64,000 nucleotides of DNA from Calcarisporiella thermophila CBS 279.70 (Eukaryota; Fungi; Calcarisporiellomycota): positions 229,149-293,148 of the forward strand of contig NW_027192206.1 in assembly GCF_041956535.1 (NCBI RefSeq). The letters run 5' to 3'. Shown here piece by piece: positions 38,888-51,724 of this stretch. Positions within the stretch are counted from its first letter, which is position 1. Each line of letters begins with the position of its first letter. Position numbers and translations under genes: made by a program. The notes beneath the pieces were generated by a model, which saw only the letters and a program-made list of their open reading frames with translations, did not search any database and had not been told where the DNA came from.

Positions 38888-40739
38888 GTTTAGATATGGA
38901 AGAATGCAAAAGGGTGTCAAAGTCCAGTCCTGGAAGGTGGCCTGAGATATTAATTTCTCTAGAATAAGTAAAGCGTGAAAAAAGAAAAAAGAAAATTAAA
39001 GGGGAAGACAAGGCTGAGGCAGCACTTTATATAGAACCACTTAGTCAGAGGCTCGGCAATACGATTGCGTGTTATCAGATACTTCGGATATTGCTTTTAG
39101 GAAACATTCTACTGGAACGGAAAGAAAATCCGAGGTGACGAGCGGCACGGATTTATTTTCCTCAAAGCTGCCAGGGATGGAAGGATGGCTGAGAGCGATT
39201 TTGTTACGCAGCTGAAACGATTGACTCAAAAACAATTTTCCCCACGGCTCATTACTTCCCGAGTGCCATCTGAAAGTCCGCGCAAATTGTGTCATTGCCT
39301 GATGCCTCTCTCCCTCCCCCCTTTGATTCATTTTAAGCAATCTCCCGATACATACCGGCCTGTCCTTCCTTCCCTTCCTGCCCTCCTCTCCCCTCTACTC
39401 CCCACTGGGCTAATAGTTTAAGCTTTTCGGCCCTGGTCGCGGCCAGCTCGCAAATCTCCCTCTGCCAACTGATTTCTCCCTCCCCTTTACCAGCGCACCT
39501 GTTTGTGAGGTTCTGGCCCTATCACCGCAAACAATTGCACTGCAATTGCACCATCCATTACACGTCTTGCTCTCACTGCGATGATAGTCGAAAAGTCATC
39601 GTTGATTTCCATTTATGGCAACTTTCTTAGATTATTAATGGTTTATAATGATGATGTAATTCTCTGACCCCTCTAGCTCTGCCATGCACTCTCCATTATT
39701 CATAAGATTGTGTCTTAGAACTCCTCCACCGACATTTCGCTCAAAATAATTCCATAAATTGTAAAAAGCAAAAATGGGGTATTAATACAACCCGGCCATC
39801 ATCGCGTGATGGTTTTTCCGTGGGCCTTTCTGTCCGAATTCAGGATTTCCGCTATCGTAAACAGACTGGAAAGGAGAGCACAGCTGACGTTACTTGGTGT
39901 ATATATTGTTGTCGGCCGTCTTCTTGAGGCCCAAAATCACCGGCGCTCGTTCTCTTTGCGTCTGTTTATCGATATGTTTGGAGATATCCCAGAATCTTTT
40001 ATAAGATCAAAGGAGATGAAAACTTAAATTAACGGCAAGCTGAAAGCTGTGATCAGATAGCTCATAATCCAGGATTAGAGTTACCGAGGTTACAAACGTG
40101 GGTTATAGTTTAGCTGAACTCAAGGGTAAAGTAAGGGTATTGACAGTGGCTAACGAAGCTACGGCAGTCGTTAAGTTTTATTTGGGCTTGCTACCGGAAT
40201 ATTGATTGCGCTGTCGATTTTCCACACTTGCCTATTGGCCCAAACGGTTATTCGCAAATTTCTCGGACAATCGCTAAAAGTAGTCATATCAAAATACCTA
40301 CTGTAGCTTCCAAAGCAAACAGCGTGGTTATGCATTCAGAAATTCTATCTGTTTTATCATGAAGCATATGACCATTTCTTTAGAGCGCAAACACTGTAGT
40401 ATTACGTTTTAACATGCCTCCTTTTTTAAGGCACATTCAACATAAGGGATCTCTCGAAGTTTCACCTGAGTGGTTTGCCGAGTCGATTCAAAGAATGGAC
40501 CAGCTAAATGCTGAGTGGAACTCTTGCATACATCACCTTATTTCGCCATTTGCATCCATAGTTGGGTAACAGAGATATCTCTTGATTCTCCAGCATATTT
40601 TAAATTAATAAAGAAAACAGGTTACAAGAAATAATGAGTGAATAGAAAGGAAAAAAAATTGGTGATCAAAATCATAAGAAACCACGAGAAAAAAGGTTAG
40701 TGTTTTCTATTCTTTTATATTTTCTCCCCTCTCCTCCCC

Positions 40740-41433
40740 TTACTCAAGCTTATTCACCTCCAGCTCAGAAATCCTCAGCACAGTATATGTTTGCTTGTGG
40801 GTTATTCTGCGCCTATAATTCTTTCTTCTCTTCCTCTTTATGATTTCCAGCATGGGGCCTTTGGTATGCTCGATAACCGTGGCCTTTGCGTTGTAGTACT
40901 CTTCACTCACATAGGGACTGCCACGAATGGTGAAGTCTCGAGAACCAAGCTCTCGCACGCGGTTAAGTTTCAACACGTCACCCACCTGCACATCACGTAG
41001 CCGGTTCACAACCACTTGGTCCCGTGCTGTAACAAGGAGTGGGCGCCCCATAATTTCGACAACCGCATAATAGCGCAGCTGATCGCGCAGACGGTTAACA
41101 AGATCTTTAGTTGTAGTGCTTAGAGTGGTGGATGAGGCGGGTGCAAGTGGGGTGGTGGCGGTGGTCGTATTTTGTGTTGATTCGACTGCAGTGGTTAAGA
41201 ATGGATAATCATAAAATATGATTAGGTATGAGGGATAGAATGCAAAAAGCATAATGCAAGAGACTTACCATGCGTGGCAGTTGTTGAATGTATAAGACAG
41301 GTCTGTCTTGTCGACAGAGTCGAAGCAGCTAGAGATACAATGCAGATAAAAATTGAATTTTCAAAAAATGTCACAAATCGAATAGCTCAGATAAAATACC
41401 TCCTAAAAGCTGTGTCGTGTTGGGATTCTGCAT
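40740..41433 (-). CDS. mitochondrial ribosomal protein bL21m (yeast MrpL49-like); start approximate
   Basis: YAVVEIMGRPLLVT..D, VGDVLKLNRVRELGSRDFTIRG, ATVIEHTKG...KRKRRKNY...HKQTYTVLRISEL. Confidence 0.88.
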
Positions 41434-41601
41434 CGCAGTGCATCTTCCCCTTGATAAACTGTTCCAAAATCGAAGCATTATTAATGTTCTTCTGGTTTGA
41501 TGTTAACTCTCCTCGAGATACTGAGTTCTCTACAAGGATGTTTGTCGTGTTTTCATTAAAAGGCGCAGTAAATTATCAGTCACAAAAGATGTTCAAATGC
41601 A

Positions 41602-41689
41602 AGCCGTCAATTCAAACGATCATTAAATGATTGTTTGAATTGACGGCTAGAAATATAAGATTCAAATTTTGAATCTTATATTTCTAGCC
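41602..41689. repeat. two overlapping long palindromes (23-bp and 22-bp arms, 1-nt spacers)
   Basis: 41602-24/41626-48 (1 mismatch) and 41645-66/41668-89 (perfect), sharing GGCT. Confidence 0.95.
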
Positions 41690-41875
41690 ACTTTTTAGTA
41701 ATGCCTTACAAATTATCTATAATGATGGTATGTATTCGTCGCAAAAAAACTTTTAGCAAAGTGAAGCGGAATGGATTGAAGCGCTATATTTTATTTGAAA
41801 ATAAAATAGGTTTGTATATACAAAGGACAGAGGATCCCTAAGTGGAATATAAATTATGGTCTATTTCGACATATA

Positions 41876-42795
41876 TCATTCATCATCTTCTTGGCTCTCT
41901 TCCGACGCTTCCCCGTCACTATCATCACTCCCTGATTCCGACCGATTCTCATCCTCCTCCATCATGAAAAAGTCATCGCCTGCATTCTCCTCTTCGATAG
42001 TGGAGGATTCGTTGGTCTTTTTCTTGGCGTCTTTCTTTCCTTTCTTTGTCCGGAAAAGTTTATCCAGTCCATCTCCTATTTCTCCACGCTGCATAGCATC
42101 TCGGATCTGATTTCGAATTGCCTCGCGTTTTTCGGTGGTTTTGGGATCATCCACGTTCTCCTTTGGAAATAGCGATACATATTTTTCAAGCTTGGGGTAG
42201 TGCTATGGCCATCAAAAATAGTGCAAATAATTAATTGATATGAAAACATTCTGCTCTAATTGTGAAAAATATTCGTACCATTATATAGTTCAGGTTTACT
42301 TTTTGCTCAAAGATTTGTGCCTCCAAATCTTTCCTCTCATCCTCGCTGGCTACACTGGCCAATTTACGCTGTAGTTGGTTTATCTTTCGGTCCACTTTTC
42401 TTCTCTCTAGTATCAAATTGAGGAGTAAGATATACTGGGCTCATATCGCTTCATTTCTACTGATAGGCTTACCGAAGAATTTGACTCGGTGGTATCTAGT
42501 AGCCAGCTTACGTTCTTTTTCTTTTAAAGACAAATCATCGAGGCGGAGCTTTAGTGCCTTCAACTCACGCTCTTTTTCTACTCGGACATCGGCGCGAAGA
42601 TTTTCCTATTGAGCAAAAGAAGCGGGTTAAAAACTCATAAGACGATTTCCAAAAATTTCGACTTCGGAATGCACAACTCACCTTGCGTAATAATCTTGTG
42701 AGATCCCTTATTCTTTTCTTTACCGCAGAGTTGCCGATAGGATCGTTAGAATTCTGATTAGAGCGCGGATGTTTTGCTTTTTGCTTGGTTGACAT
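41876..42795 (-). CDS. EFG1: rRNA-processing protein Efg1, multi-exon
   Basis: KKRIRDLTRLL, RYHRVKFFERRKVDRKI, LNYIMHYPKLEKYVSLF, acidic tail with DDFF. Confidence 0.85.
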
Positions 42796-43851
42796 GATAA
42801 ATAAAGGTTGAGATATTAAGAGAATATTGTTTATTTAAGAATAATATTTGGCTGAAAGCTTTTTCTCTCAATTTACAGTCACGAAAAAAAAAAAATTCAG
42901 CGGATACGGTCGGCATACACAATTAAGAAGCCAACTTGAAAGATGCTAGGTTTGTTTCTCAAATGCCAATTATTTCAGATCAACTTTTAAAGGGCTGTCT
43001 CATCTAATTATCTTTCGGTCACATACAAACAGAAGATGCTGTTGGATTTATTCTAGGTAAGGCTTTATTAAAAAGTGAGATAATTTCATCTATTCTAATT
43101 GTTATTCAAGTTGCGCTCTGTTGGGGATTTACGAATCCTTTTATTAAGCGCGGGAGCGATGGGTTGGAGCGAGTGAGGCAAGAGGGAGGAGGAATTCTAA
43201 CCGAATGGTCATTTCTATTGCGGCGGTGGCAGGTAGAAAATGTGATACTATGATGGTTCTAGTTCATATCTTAAATGCATCCTGAACATTTTAGTATGTC
43301 CTACCGCTGCTTATCAACCTTAGTGGCTCATTCGTCTACTATTACACATTGGGAAAAGCCGGTACGCTGCTTTCATTAAATCCTCGATAATATGATATGC
43401 ATTGAGATAGCCTATTTGGTTTGAAGATTTATCGCTAGCCGTTCCGATCAGCAACTCTCTCACCTTTATCTTCACTACACTGGGAGGAATACTTCTCGGA
43501 GAAAACATCGGAGGAAGAAGTATTTTCATCTAAAACGCTTCGTATTCATAATCCCAACTCAAAAACTCTACTTTTCATAGATACCTGGATAGGTATGTCC
43601 CTTGTCGTTGCAGGTGTGGCACTCTGCGTAAACAGTAAAATATAGTACCCAAAATAAAGGCGGATTTTGTCTTGCGATGGAAATGGAATAGGCGTTAAAA
43701 TAAGGTTTTTAGAGTGAAGATCACAAGAAATAAAATGTGACATCACCGAGATTATGTGCACGAAGAGAGTGGAAAAAAGTCGCACCTTTCTTTCTACCTC
43801 AGAGCACCTACATTTCCATAATATCTGTTTCCCATCCTAATTTTTAAAGGA

Positions 43852-45610
43852 ATGAGCCCCCCTGAAGCTCAGCCGCTGAGCAAATATCAGCGTCCCTCTA
43901 AATTACCTTCCGGTAAATCAGTCTCATTTTCGGTGATGATTATTCCATCTTGAAATTTTCTCTATTGCTCTTGCACGCTAGTTCCTGAAAACACGACTAT
44001 TAGTAATCCTGCATCCTCCAAGGTATCCTAAATTTGCCCATTGGTCGAACCCTCATCGAAACAAAATGCGGCTTATCTACCATTTTTTACGCTCCAATTC
44101 CATCATTCTAACATTATTTTGCACAATAGGCTGAGACATCCCTCCCTTCACCCGGCCTATTTTCTGACACTGAGGACGAATACGAGCATACTACAAATCG
44201 GAGGAAGAAACAATCAACTGAGAAGGATTTCTCCGAGCAGCCGCAACATGCTAAGGAAATTCTGCAAAACGAGAAGGTGCTGAAGAGCGGCTATTTATTG
44301 AAGAAGGGGGAAAAGCGCAAGGTAAATAGGAATCCTCCCTACTCTTGTTCCTATAGACATGCACAGTGGTTGACTTAATGCTCTGTTGCTTGGATATTTC
44401 TAGACTTGGAAGAAGCGCTGGTTTGTTCTCCGGAGCACTCAATTGGCATATTACAAGGATGAAAGAGTAAACAAAATTCTTATCAAAAACGATTTCTTTC
44501 TCGACTGCTCACCCATTTCTTCCTTTTAACAGGAATATAAACTTCTCCGCCTCTTGGAGCTCGACGACATACACAATGTGGAAGAAGTTAAACTAAAGCA
44601 TCATGAAAACGTGTTCGCCATCGTCACTCCTTCCCGTACCTATTATGTTCGCACCGATAATAAGCAGGACAAGGAGCTATGGATACGGGAAATCAATCAA
44701 GCAATCAATGAATTAAAGGATGAAGAAGATCCAATTGATGATGAACAGCCCTTGACGGTATCCAATGCCGGTGTGGTGCCTATCGACATTCCGCAACAGC
44801 GAAGGCCTTCGATAGGGCTGTCTTCATTGAGCTCCACTTTTGCCCCTGTCCTTTCATCAAGTCCCACTCAACAACAACAAGGGGTGGATGCTTCTCACAA
44901 TGGCAACTTGAAGCTGAATATCCCAAGTGGCCACTCGTATACGTCGAACAAATCCACTCCCATCTCTCCTCTAACCCCAAGCTCACCGTCAGGGGCATCC
45001 TATGTCCGCGATATATCGGATGCTTATGCCAGTTCTGAGGAGGAAGATCTCTTTGAGGACACACCACAACAGGCGAAACAGATTCCCGATAATTCAAGCG
45101 ATGGCAACCAAGTGCTACTGCAAGGCTATCTCTTAAAGCTTGGGAGGAATAAAAGCTGGCGTAAACGTTATTTTGTATTGCGAACAAACCGGCTCTCCTA
45201 CTATCGACATGAGAAGGTAAGCACCCTTCACAGTCCCCCTTTGTTCTCCAATTTTAATGTTGTTTGTGAAGCAGGATTCGAAGGAGCATCGTGCTTTTTC
45301 CTTAACCACGATTCTTGATGCCCTGGAGATTGACCCCATTTCAAACTCCAAACCGTACTGCCTAAAGATCGTGATGCCCAAACGCAACCTTATCTTATGT
45401 GCGCCCACTGAGAATGATCTGCAGGTGTGGCTAGAAGCCCTTAATTTAACGGCAAGAAGGGCCAAGCGGCAATCGCTGGTCCTTTCCTCGGCTGCAGGAG
45501 CAATGCCCTTCAGTCAGGGCCACGGTGACCTCAAGACAAGCCCAGGCATTGCTGACAATGCTCTTTTGCCCACGAGACCTGAAGGGGGCGCAGCAACCGT
45601 GCATGGCTGA
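43852..45610 (+). CDS. tandem PH-domain protein (Opy1-like), multi-exon
   Basis: PH1: VLKSGYLLKKGEKRKTWKKRWFVLR...TPSRTYYV...WIREI. PH2: LLQGYLLKLGRNKSWRKRYFVLR...WLEAL. Confidence 0.85.
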
Positions 45611-46189
45611 TGCGTTGTATCAAAAATCCATTCTTTCGTCATTTACCTAATACCATGAGATAAACAGCGGCACACCAAGATCAACATCTTTAGTTCATTC
45701 CTCTCATTAAGGATAATTAACTCATCCACTCTCCACCATTGATCTTATCTTTTATACGCCTTTTTATTCCTGCTCTATACCGAGCCTTGTTACCCCTTTC
45801 TTATTTATTTATTTTTGCTAAGTGTATGTGAATTTATTCGCTAAAATAACCATTTATTTTACACTTTAAACAGTGCATGGATGGCCATTTATTGAATCAG
45901 TATTGAAACATTCCCATTGTTTCATTTTAAGGATACCTAGGGGATAGAGGCATGGGTGACCTTGGTTAGTTCACAGCATTGTAGGGCGGTGCGCGTAAAC
46001 GGAGAGTTATATCCGTATATAGGATGGCAGCGCTCTGTCCAACAAAAGAGTTTGACTGGAGTGCCGAATGGATCGAGGAATATTTTTCGATCCATCTGAA
46101 GGCGCAGCCCTCGTGGTTAGAAATTGGAAAATTTGATGCAAATAACCGAGCTTTGCTTGACATAGAATTTTTTCTCACGATCGACCACC

Positions 46190-47587
46190 ATGTTAAGGAA
46201 GAGCGTGATAGCCATTGGCAGATTACGTGCTCATCCCACCTTATGTGGTGCCGTGTCTACAGGTTGGGGCGGAAGCCGATTTCTTTGTGGATGAACGGTT
46301 CTTAACTTGTGATTTTGACATTGTAGGAATGCACGAGTTCGCTACCACCGTGTTGCCTAATACACCCAAAGCTACAAAGAAGTCCGAGTTCTCGAAAAAA
46401 CTCGCCGATGGACCAAGTTTTGCGGATTTTGTGAGTGGTGGAGCCGATGCGTCTTTGAGCATGGAGGAGGCTTTAGAAATCGACCCAAAACAGGACAATT
46501 CCAAGGACGGGAAGAAGAAAAAACCGTAAGCATATCCTCAGTGTTTGACAAGATGTTTGAACATGCTAATGGTGATTGACCCCAACTAACTAGAGCTCAG
46601 CGCCTTCCCTCATGGCTTAAAACCGAGATTCCCGTTGGCACGAACTACAATCGAATTAAGCGCAATCTTCGAGAGCTGAAGTTGCACACTGTGTGTGAAG
46701 AAGCACGATGCCCCAACATCGGAGAATGCTGGGGTGGTGGTGAACATCAGACTGCAACCGCAACCATCATGCTCATGGGTGACACATGTACACGAGGTTG
46801 TCGATTCTGCTCCGTGAAGACTTCGCGCAATCCTGGCCCCCTTGATCCGAATGAACCAGAAAACACGGCTGAGGCCATTTCGCGATGGGGACTTGACTAT
46901 GTCGTTTTGACGAGCGTGGATCGAGATGACTTAGAAGACAGCGGGGCCGAGCACTTTGCCAAGACGGTCCGCCTGCTCAAACAAAAGTAAGCCAAACTCA
47001 TCTACCCCGTTTTTATCCTTGGGACTCTAATAAAATGCGTTTTTCTTTTCATCTTGCAAAGGGCACCCCATATTCTTATTGAGTGTCTCACGGGAGATTT
47101 CAAGGGCAACCTCGAGCACGTCGAAATCGTCGCCCGCTCGGGTTTGGATGTTTACGCCCATAACGTGGAGACGGTGGAGGCCTTAACGCCCTACGTACGC
47201 GATCGACGTGCAGGTTTCCGTCAGTCACTCTCGGTCCTCGAACATGCCAAAAAAACAAACCCATCACTGCTCACTAAATCGTCGATGATGCTCGGGGTGG
47301 GTGAGCAGGATGACGAGGTGCTGGCCGCCATGAAGGATCTTCGTGCGGCGGGGGTCGATTGTCTGACTTTTGGACAATACATGCGCCCCACGAAGCGACA
47401 CATGAAGGTGTCTGAATACGTGCATCCTGACAAATTTGACTACTGGCGTCAGGTCGGGGAGGACATGGGCTTTGCCTACGTGGCAAGTGGACCGCTAGTG
47501 AGGAGCTCATACAAGGCTGCTGAGTTTTATATTTCCAACGTTTTGAAGACGAGGCGAGAGCAGGGACAGCTAGTCAACGCTGCATGA
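46190..47587 (+). CDS. LIP5: mitochondrial lipoyl synthase (radical SAM)
   Basis: Presequence [51 protein letters not shown]. Confidence 0.97.
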
Positions 47588-48203
47588 TGGAGTAGAAGAC
47601 CCGAAAGTATCCATATCCACCCTGTTTCCCTCTCTCACTTATAAACAATCCACCTCTAAACCATCTAAATTAACTATGGGCTTATTTTTTTCCTCGCCTG
47701 ATTCCGCTTCTCACCCTCCTCCTGTTGCTTTGATTTATATATTTGTATGTTTTATATAATAGAAGATTACATTTCACTTTTTTCGCTCCATATCTTCCCC
47801 CATGAACCGAGAAAAAAAGATATTGAATTCTAACAAATAAGCCAATAAATAACAATAGAATATTCGATAAAAGCAAAGGGAGGGTGGAGAAGCAAAAAGG
47901 AACTATTCACAAAGATAAGAAAAATGGAGAAGAAAAGAAAGAGAGGAGGCAAGAGAAATTTTTTTTCTTTTGTAGGTTTAAGGAGGAAAGAGGCATAGAA
48001 AATAAAACGAAAAAAATAAAATAGGATTATCACGGTAATATAATATAAAAAACATAAGAATACAGGAGAGAGCATAGAAAATATCGCAAACAACAGGAAC
48101 AAACAGATATTTCTATATAGTATTTATATATAGAGTGGACAACAGCAAATAGGAATCACAATAGGCCGGAGGAAAGAGTATGCGTAAGCCGAGGAAAGGA
48201 TAC

Positions 48204-49508
48204 TCACTGGAGGCCCCCCAAGGAATTGAAATGAGTGCTCAGTATCCGCGGTGAAGACGTCTCGGAAACATCCGTCACGCCCTCTTCGCTCATGCTTGCT
48301 TCCTCAAAGAGATCCTCGTCCTCGTCGTCTCCCATTACGGAGTCTTTCCTATGCTGCTGCGGGTCCAAGGCCACCTCACGGTACGCGCGCACCATGGTCT
48401 CCATTGCTTCGTGCCAGGTACGCTTTTGTGCTTGCGCCACGGCGAGCTGGGACATCGCCCTGCGTTTCTCGCCCAAATTGACCATCTGGACAAGCAGATC
48501 TCTATACTGGGCCGTTTGCTCCTCGCGGGTGAGCCCTTCCACATCGAGAAGCAGTCCAGTCTTGGTGTGGGTCACGAGATCGCACACGCCTTCTGCATAG
48601 AGCCCCACGACGGGCAGCCCGCTTGCCATGGCCTCCAACACGACCTGTCCGAAGGTTTCGGTAAAGGAGGGGAAGGCGAATAGGTCGGCGGAGGCAAATG
48701 ACTCGGCGAGCTGTGTACCACGCAGGTATCCGGTGAAGGTGACGGGATACTCCGATAGATCCCGCTTCACATCCTCGAAGGCGGGCCCATGGCCAACAAT
48801 CACCAGGTGGCAGCGTGTGTGGTCCATTTGCTTGTACGCATTAATCACAAGGGCGAGATTCTTTTCGTAAGACACCCGGCCAACATACAGCAGCACGGCC
48901 TTGTGGCTTGCACCCTCTCCCATCCACTCTCGTCGCAGCGTCTCGCTGCGCCGTTCAGGATTAAAGAGGCCGACGTCTACTCCACGGGACCAGATCCGCA
49001 CGGTGTTGAATCCGCGCTTGCGGAGCATGGTTGCAGTGGATTCTGAGGGACAGTAGGTAAGAGCACACATGTTGTGGACATGCCGATTCCATCTCCACAT
49101 GGCTGTGGTCAGAAAATCAAAGCCGAAATGCTCGCAATAGAGCCCAAGGTTTGTGTGGTAGGAGGAGACGCGGGGAACCTCTGGAAGCAGCCACTCAAGC
49201 ATGTAGGCTGCTTGTGCTCCGAGCCACACCGGATCAACGAGATGAACCACATCTGGCTGAAATGAGCGCAGTTTCTGGAGGAATAGCGGTCGGAAGAAGT
49301 TGAGTTTCAGCTCGGGGTAGATGCCGATGAGCGGGATGCCCCATGTCCCGACGATATCGGCCCCGGCATAGGTGGTCATGCCGCTTTCTGGGCCCAGCAG
49401 TAATACTTGATGACCTTCCGACTGTAAATGCTCAATAAGGAGTGCGATTGTGCGTGTGACCCCATCTACTTTCGGCAGGAAATTCTCAGTGATAATTGCT
49501 ATACGCAT
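48204..49508 (-). CDS. GT4 (GT-B) glycosyltransferase, SQD2/MgtA-PimB-like; intronless
   Basis: MRIAIITENFLPKVDGVTRT, SSYHTN, WSRGVD..LF, YVGRVSYEKN, FAFPSFTETFGQVVLEAMASGLPVV (EX7E). Confidence 0.9.
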   Translation of the reverse strand: MRIAIITENFLPKVDGVTRTIALLIEHLQSEGHQVLLLGPESGMTTYAGADIVGTWGIPLIGIYPELKLNFFRPLFLQKLRSFQPDVVHLVDPVWLGAQAAYMLEWLLPEVPRVSSYHTNLGLYCEHFGFDFLTTAMWRWNRHVHNMCALTYCPSESTATMLRKRGFNTVRIWSRGVDVGLFNPERRSETLRREWMGEGASHKAVLLYVGRVSYEKNLALVINAYKQMDHTRCHLVIVGHGPAFEDVKRDLSEYPVTFTGYLRGTQLAESFASADLFAFPSFTETFGQVVLEAMASGLPVVGLYAEGVCDLVTHTKTGLLLDVEGLTREEQTAQYRDLLVQMVNLGEKRRAMSQLAVAQAQKRTWHEAMETMVRAYREVALDPQQHRKDSVMGDDEDEDLFEEASMSEEGVTDVSETSSPRILSTHFNSLGGLQ

Positions 49509-50032
49509 CGTCGGATGATAAGTACTAAGAGGCGCAGGCGGGGAGGGGGGGGGGGGGAGGGAGGGGGAGAGAATCAGCGATGGGGACCAAGGGCAATGGA
49601 GCGGTCGAGTGGAATAGGAGAAAGAAGACCAAAGAAAAGATTAGGGCTGCCTCTACTAGCCGTCCTTTTTTACAGTCCGGTGTGTATTTTTAAACTTTGC
49701 TTGGCCTCTTTCCAGCACAAAATAAACAAAGTTGAGAAACCAAGAGCAGCAGCTAGGCGGGGGGAGAGCTGCGGCGGCGGTGATGGCAATGCGATAGATG
49801 GCGGCTCCCGGCAATCACGGATTCAGATCCAAATGCAAAGTGCGCATTCGCCCGGGCATAAAGAGAGTCTGGAAATATAAATAAGGACTGCCGTTGAAAT
49901 TAAGTTTGCCTTGATGTCCCCAACATGCTTGGCCCAATCGTGGTTGATTTTTGCCGCACACATCTGAGGACTAGCCATCGCTTCGTTCGCTGCTAAAACA
50001 CTGCGAGACATCAATAGGAAATCGGCATTCCA

Positions 50033-50172
50033 CACGTGCGAGGGCCGCCCTCACCCCTGCTGTCGGCGCATTTCTTCCGCAAAAAGCACCCGCCAGCCCA
50101 TCGGCCCTGGCCCCAGCGCGACGCTGAGTTCCCTCAGGAGATCGCCACAGGTCATCAACGCTCCCCCACGTG
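50033..50172. promoter_or_regulatory. two CACGTG E-boxes (Pho4/NUC-1-like) upstream of the GT4 gene
   Basis: CACGTGC at 50033; CCCCACGTG (reverse CACGTGGGG) with its core at 50167-72. Confidence 0.4.
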
Positions 50173-50368
50173 ATGTGGCCATCCTAAAATAAGTTCTCCC
50201 TCACCGGAGCATCTGAGCACTTGGGCCATGTGCGCCCGCCTATCACCAAGAATTAATTTATTCGTCATAAAGTAACAGTACAGTAATGAAACATAAGGCC
50301 CTGAAATAACTAAAGCATGGCCATCAGCGTGCTTAAGATAAGTTAGAGAGTCATTTGAGGGAGATGCA

Positions 50369-51724
50369 TCACAGCCGGGATCGATTGGTGTTCAACACAT
50401 CGCCCAGCTTAGTTGCCAACATGATCTGCCCTTTGATCTTGAGCTTCCCCTGCATGAACGCCTTCTGGCCGTTTAATTTACCGGTTGCGATTTGAACCAA
50501 GTCGGCGTCTTTGAGTTGCAGAATCACATCGGGCTTCTTCTCTGAAGGGCCGAGGCCAAGTTGCCCATCTCCACTCTTCAGGTCAATGTGCCAGCTCTGC
50601 GTTTTGCCAGCTGCATTGGTGACATCGAACTGGAAGATGGCCTTGACCTTCTTCGCCTGCGCCTGTCTCTCCTCGGGAGACGCCGCCGCAATGGCCTTCG
50701 CAATCTGCTCAAACAGCGCCGAGGACTCGAAGCCCTCTACCGAAAGCCCTGCGGACTCCGTCTTCGCGTCGGCACCGGCAGACGGGGCGGGTGCGCCCTT
50801 GAGCTCCACCGCACCGTTCGTTATTACGATAACGCCACGCTCCACCACCTTGGTCTGGAAAATGACCTTATTCCCCTCGAGCCACATCTGCGTCTCGAGC
50901 GTCTCGCCTGGAAACACGTGGGACGAAAAGCGGCCCTTGATGCTCTTGATATTGTTGATGTCGCTGTTCGCGTACTGGCGGAACACATGGCGGGAGGTGT
51001 AGCCGAAAGTGCACAGTCCGTGCAGAATGGGCACCTCAAATCCTCCTATCGCCGACATGCTCGGGTCGATATGCAGCGGATTATAATCGCCAGAGAGACG
51101 ATAGATGGCAGCCTGCTCCTCGGTCGTTTTCTCGCGCACCACCGCATCGGGAGCGCGTTTCGGAGGCTCATTGGCCGCAGTGGCCGCACCACGATCGGCG
51201 CCCTCCTTTCTCCCGCCGAAACCACCGCTACCACGCACAAAAATGGTCACCTCATTATAACACACGACATCGCCACTCTCATCCTTCGAGGTGGTACCGA
51301 CAATGACAACAGCCCCCTTGCCTTTGTCCAATATATCAATGATTTTTGAGCTAGTGGTGAGCTTGCCGCCGGTGCCGTAGGATTTATGCAGTTCAATATA
51401 CTGTTCACCATGGAGGAACATCATCTATTGCGAAAGACAATTAGCTTATATGTTCGACCGAAACTACAGGAGCCCATTTACCGGGTTGAAGTTGGGAAGG
51501 ATATCTCCAAGCGGCAACGACGACAGCGCATTGATGGAAGGAATCACTCCAAAGGTGGGAAGCACTTGGAAATTTTCATCATTTTCGTAGACAAGGTCGA
51601 GTTCATTTCGTTTTGCCCCGAGTCCGAGATTGTACAGGATAATGTCCTTATGATTATACGGGAATTCATCTTGGCCTAAATCTAGCTGCTTGGCCTTCTC
51701 CACATCGATACCTGCTTGTGCCAT
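50369..51724 (-). CDS. peroxisomal enoyl-CoA hydratase 2 (double hot-dog) fused to an SCP2 sterol-carrier domain
   Basis: ILYNLGLGA, LPTFGVI, LHGEQY, YRLSGDYNPLHIDP...ILHGLC, VFPGETL; SCP2 segment KAFMQGKLKIKGQIMLATKL; PTS1 -SRL*. Confidence 0.92.

Noticed and set aside
49535-49570. Long G-run with G-quadruplex potential near the GT4 start
   Set aside because: Poly-C/pyrimidine tracts are common in UTRs throughout this window, so it is not distinctive.
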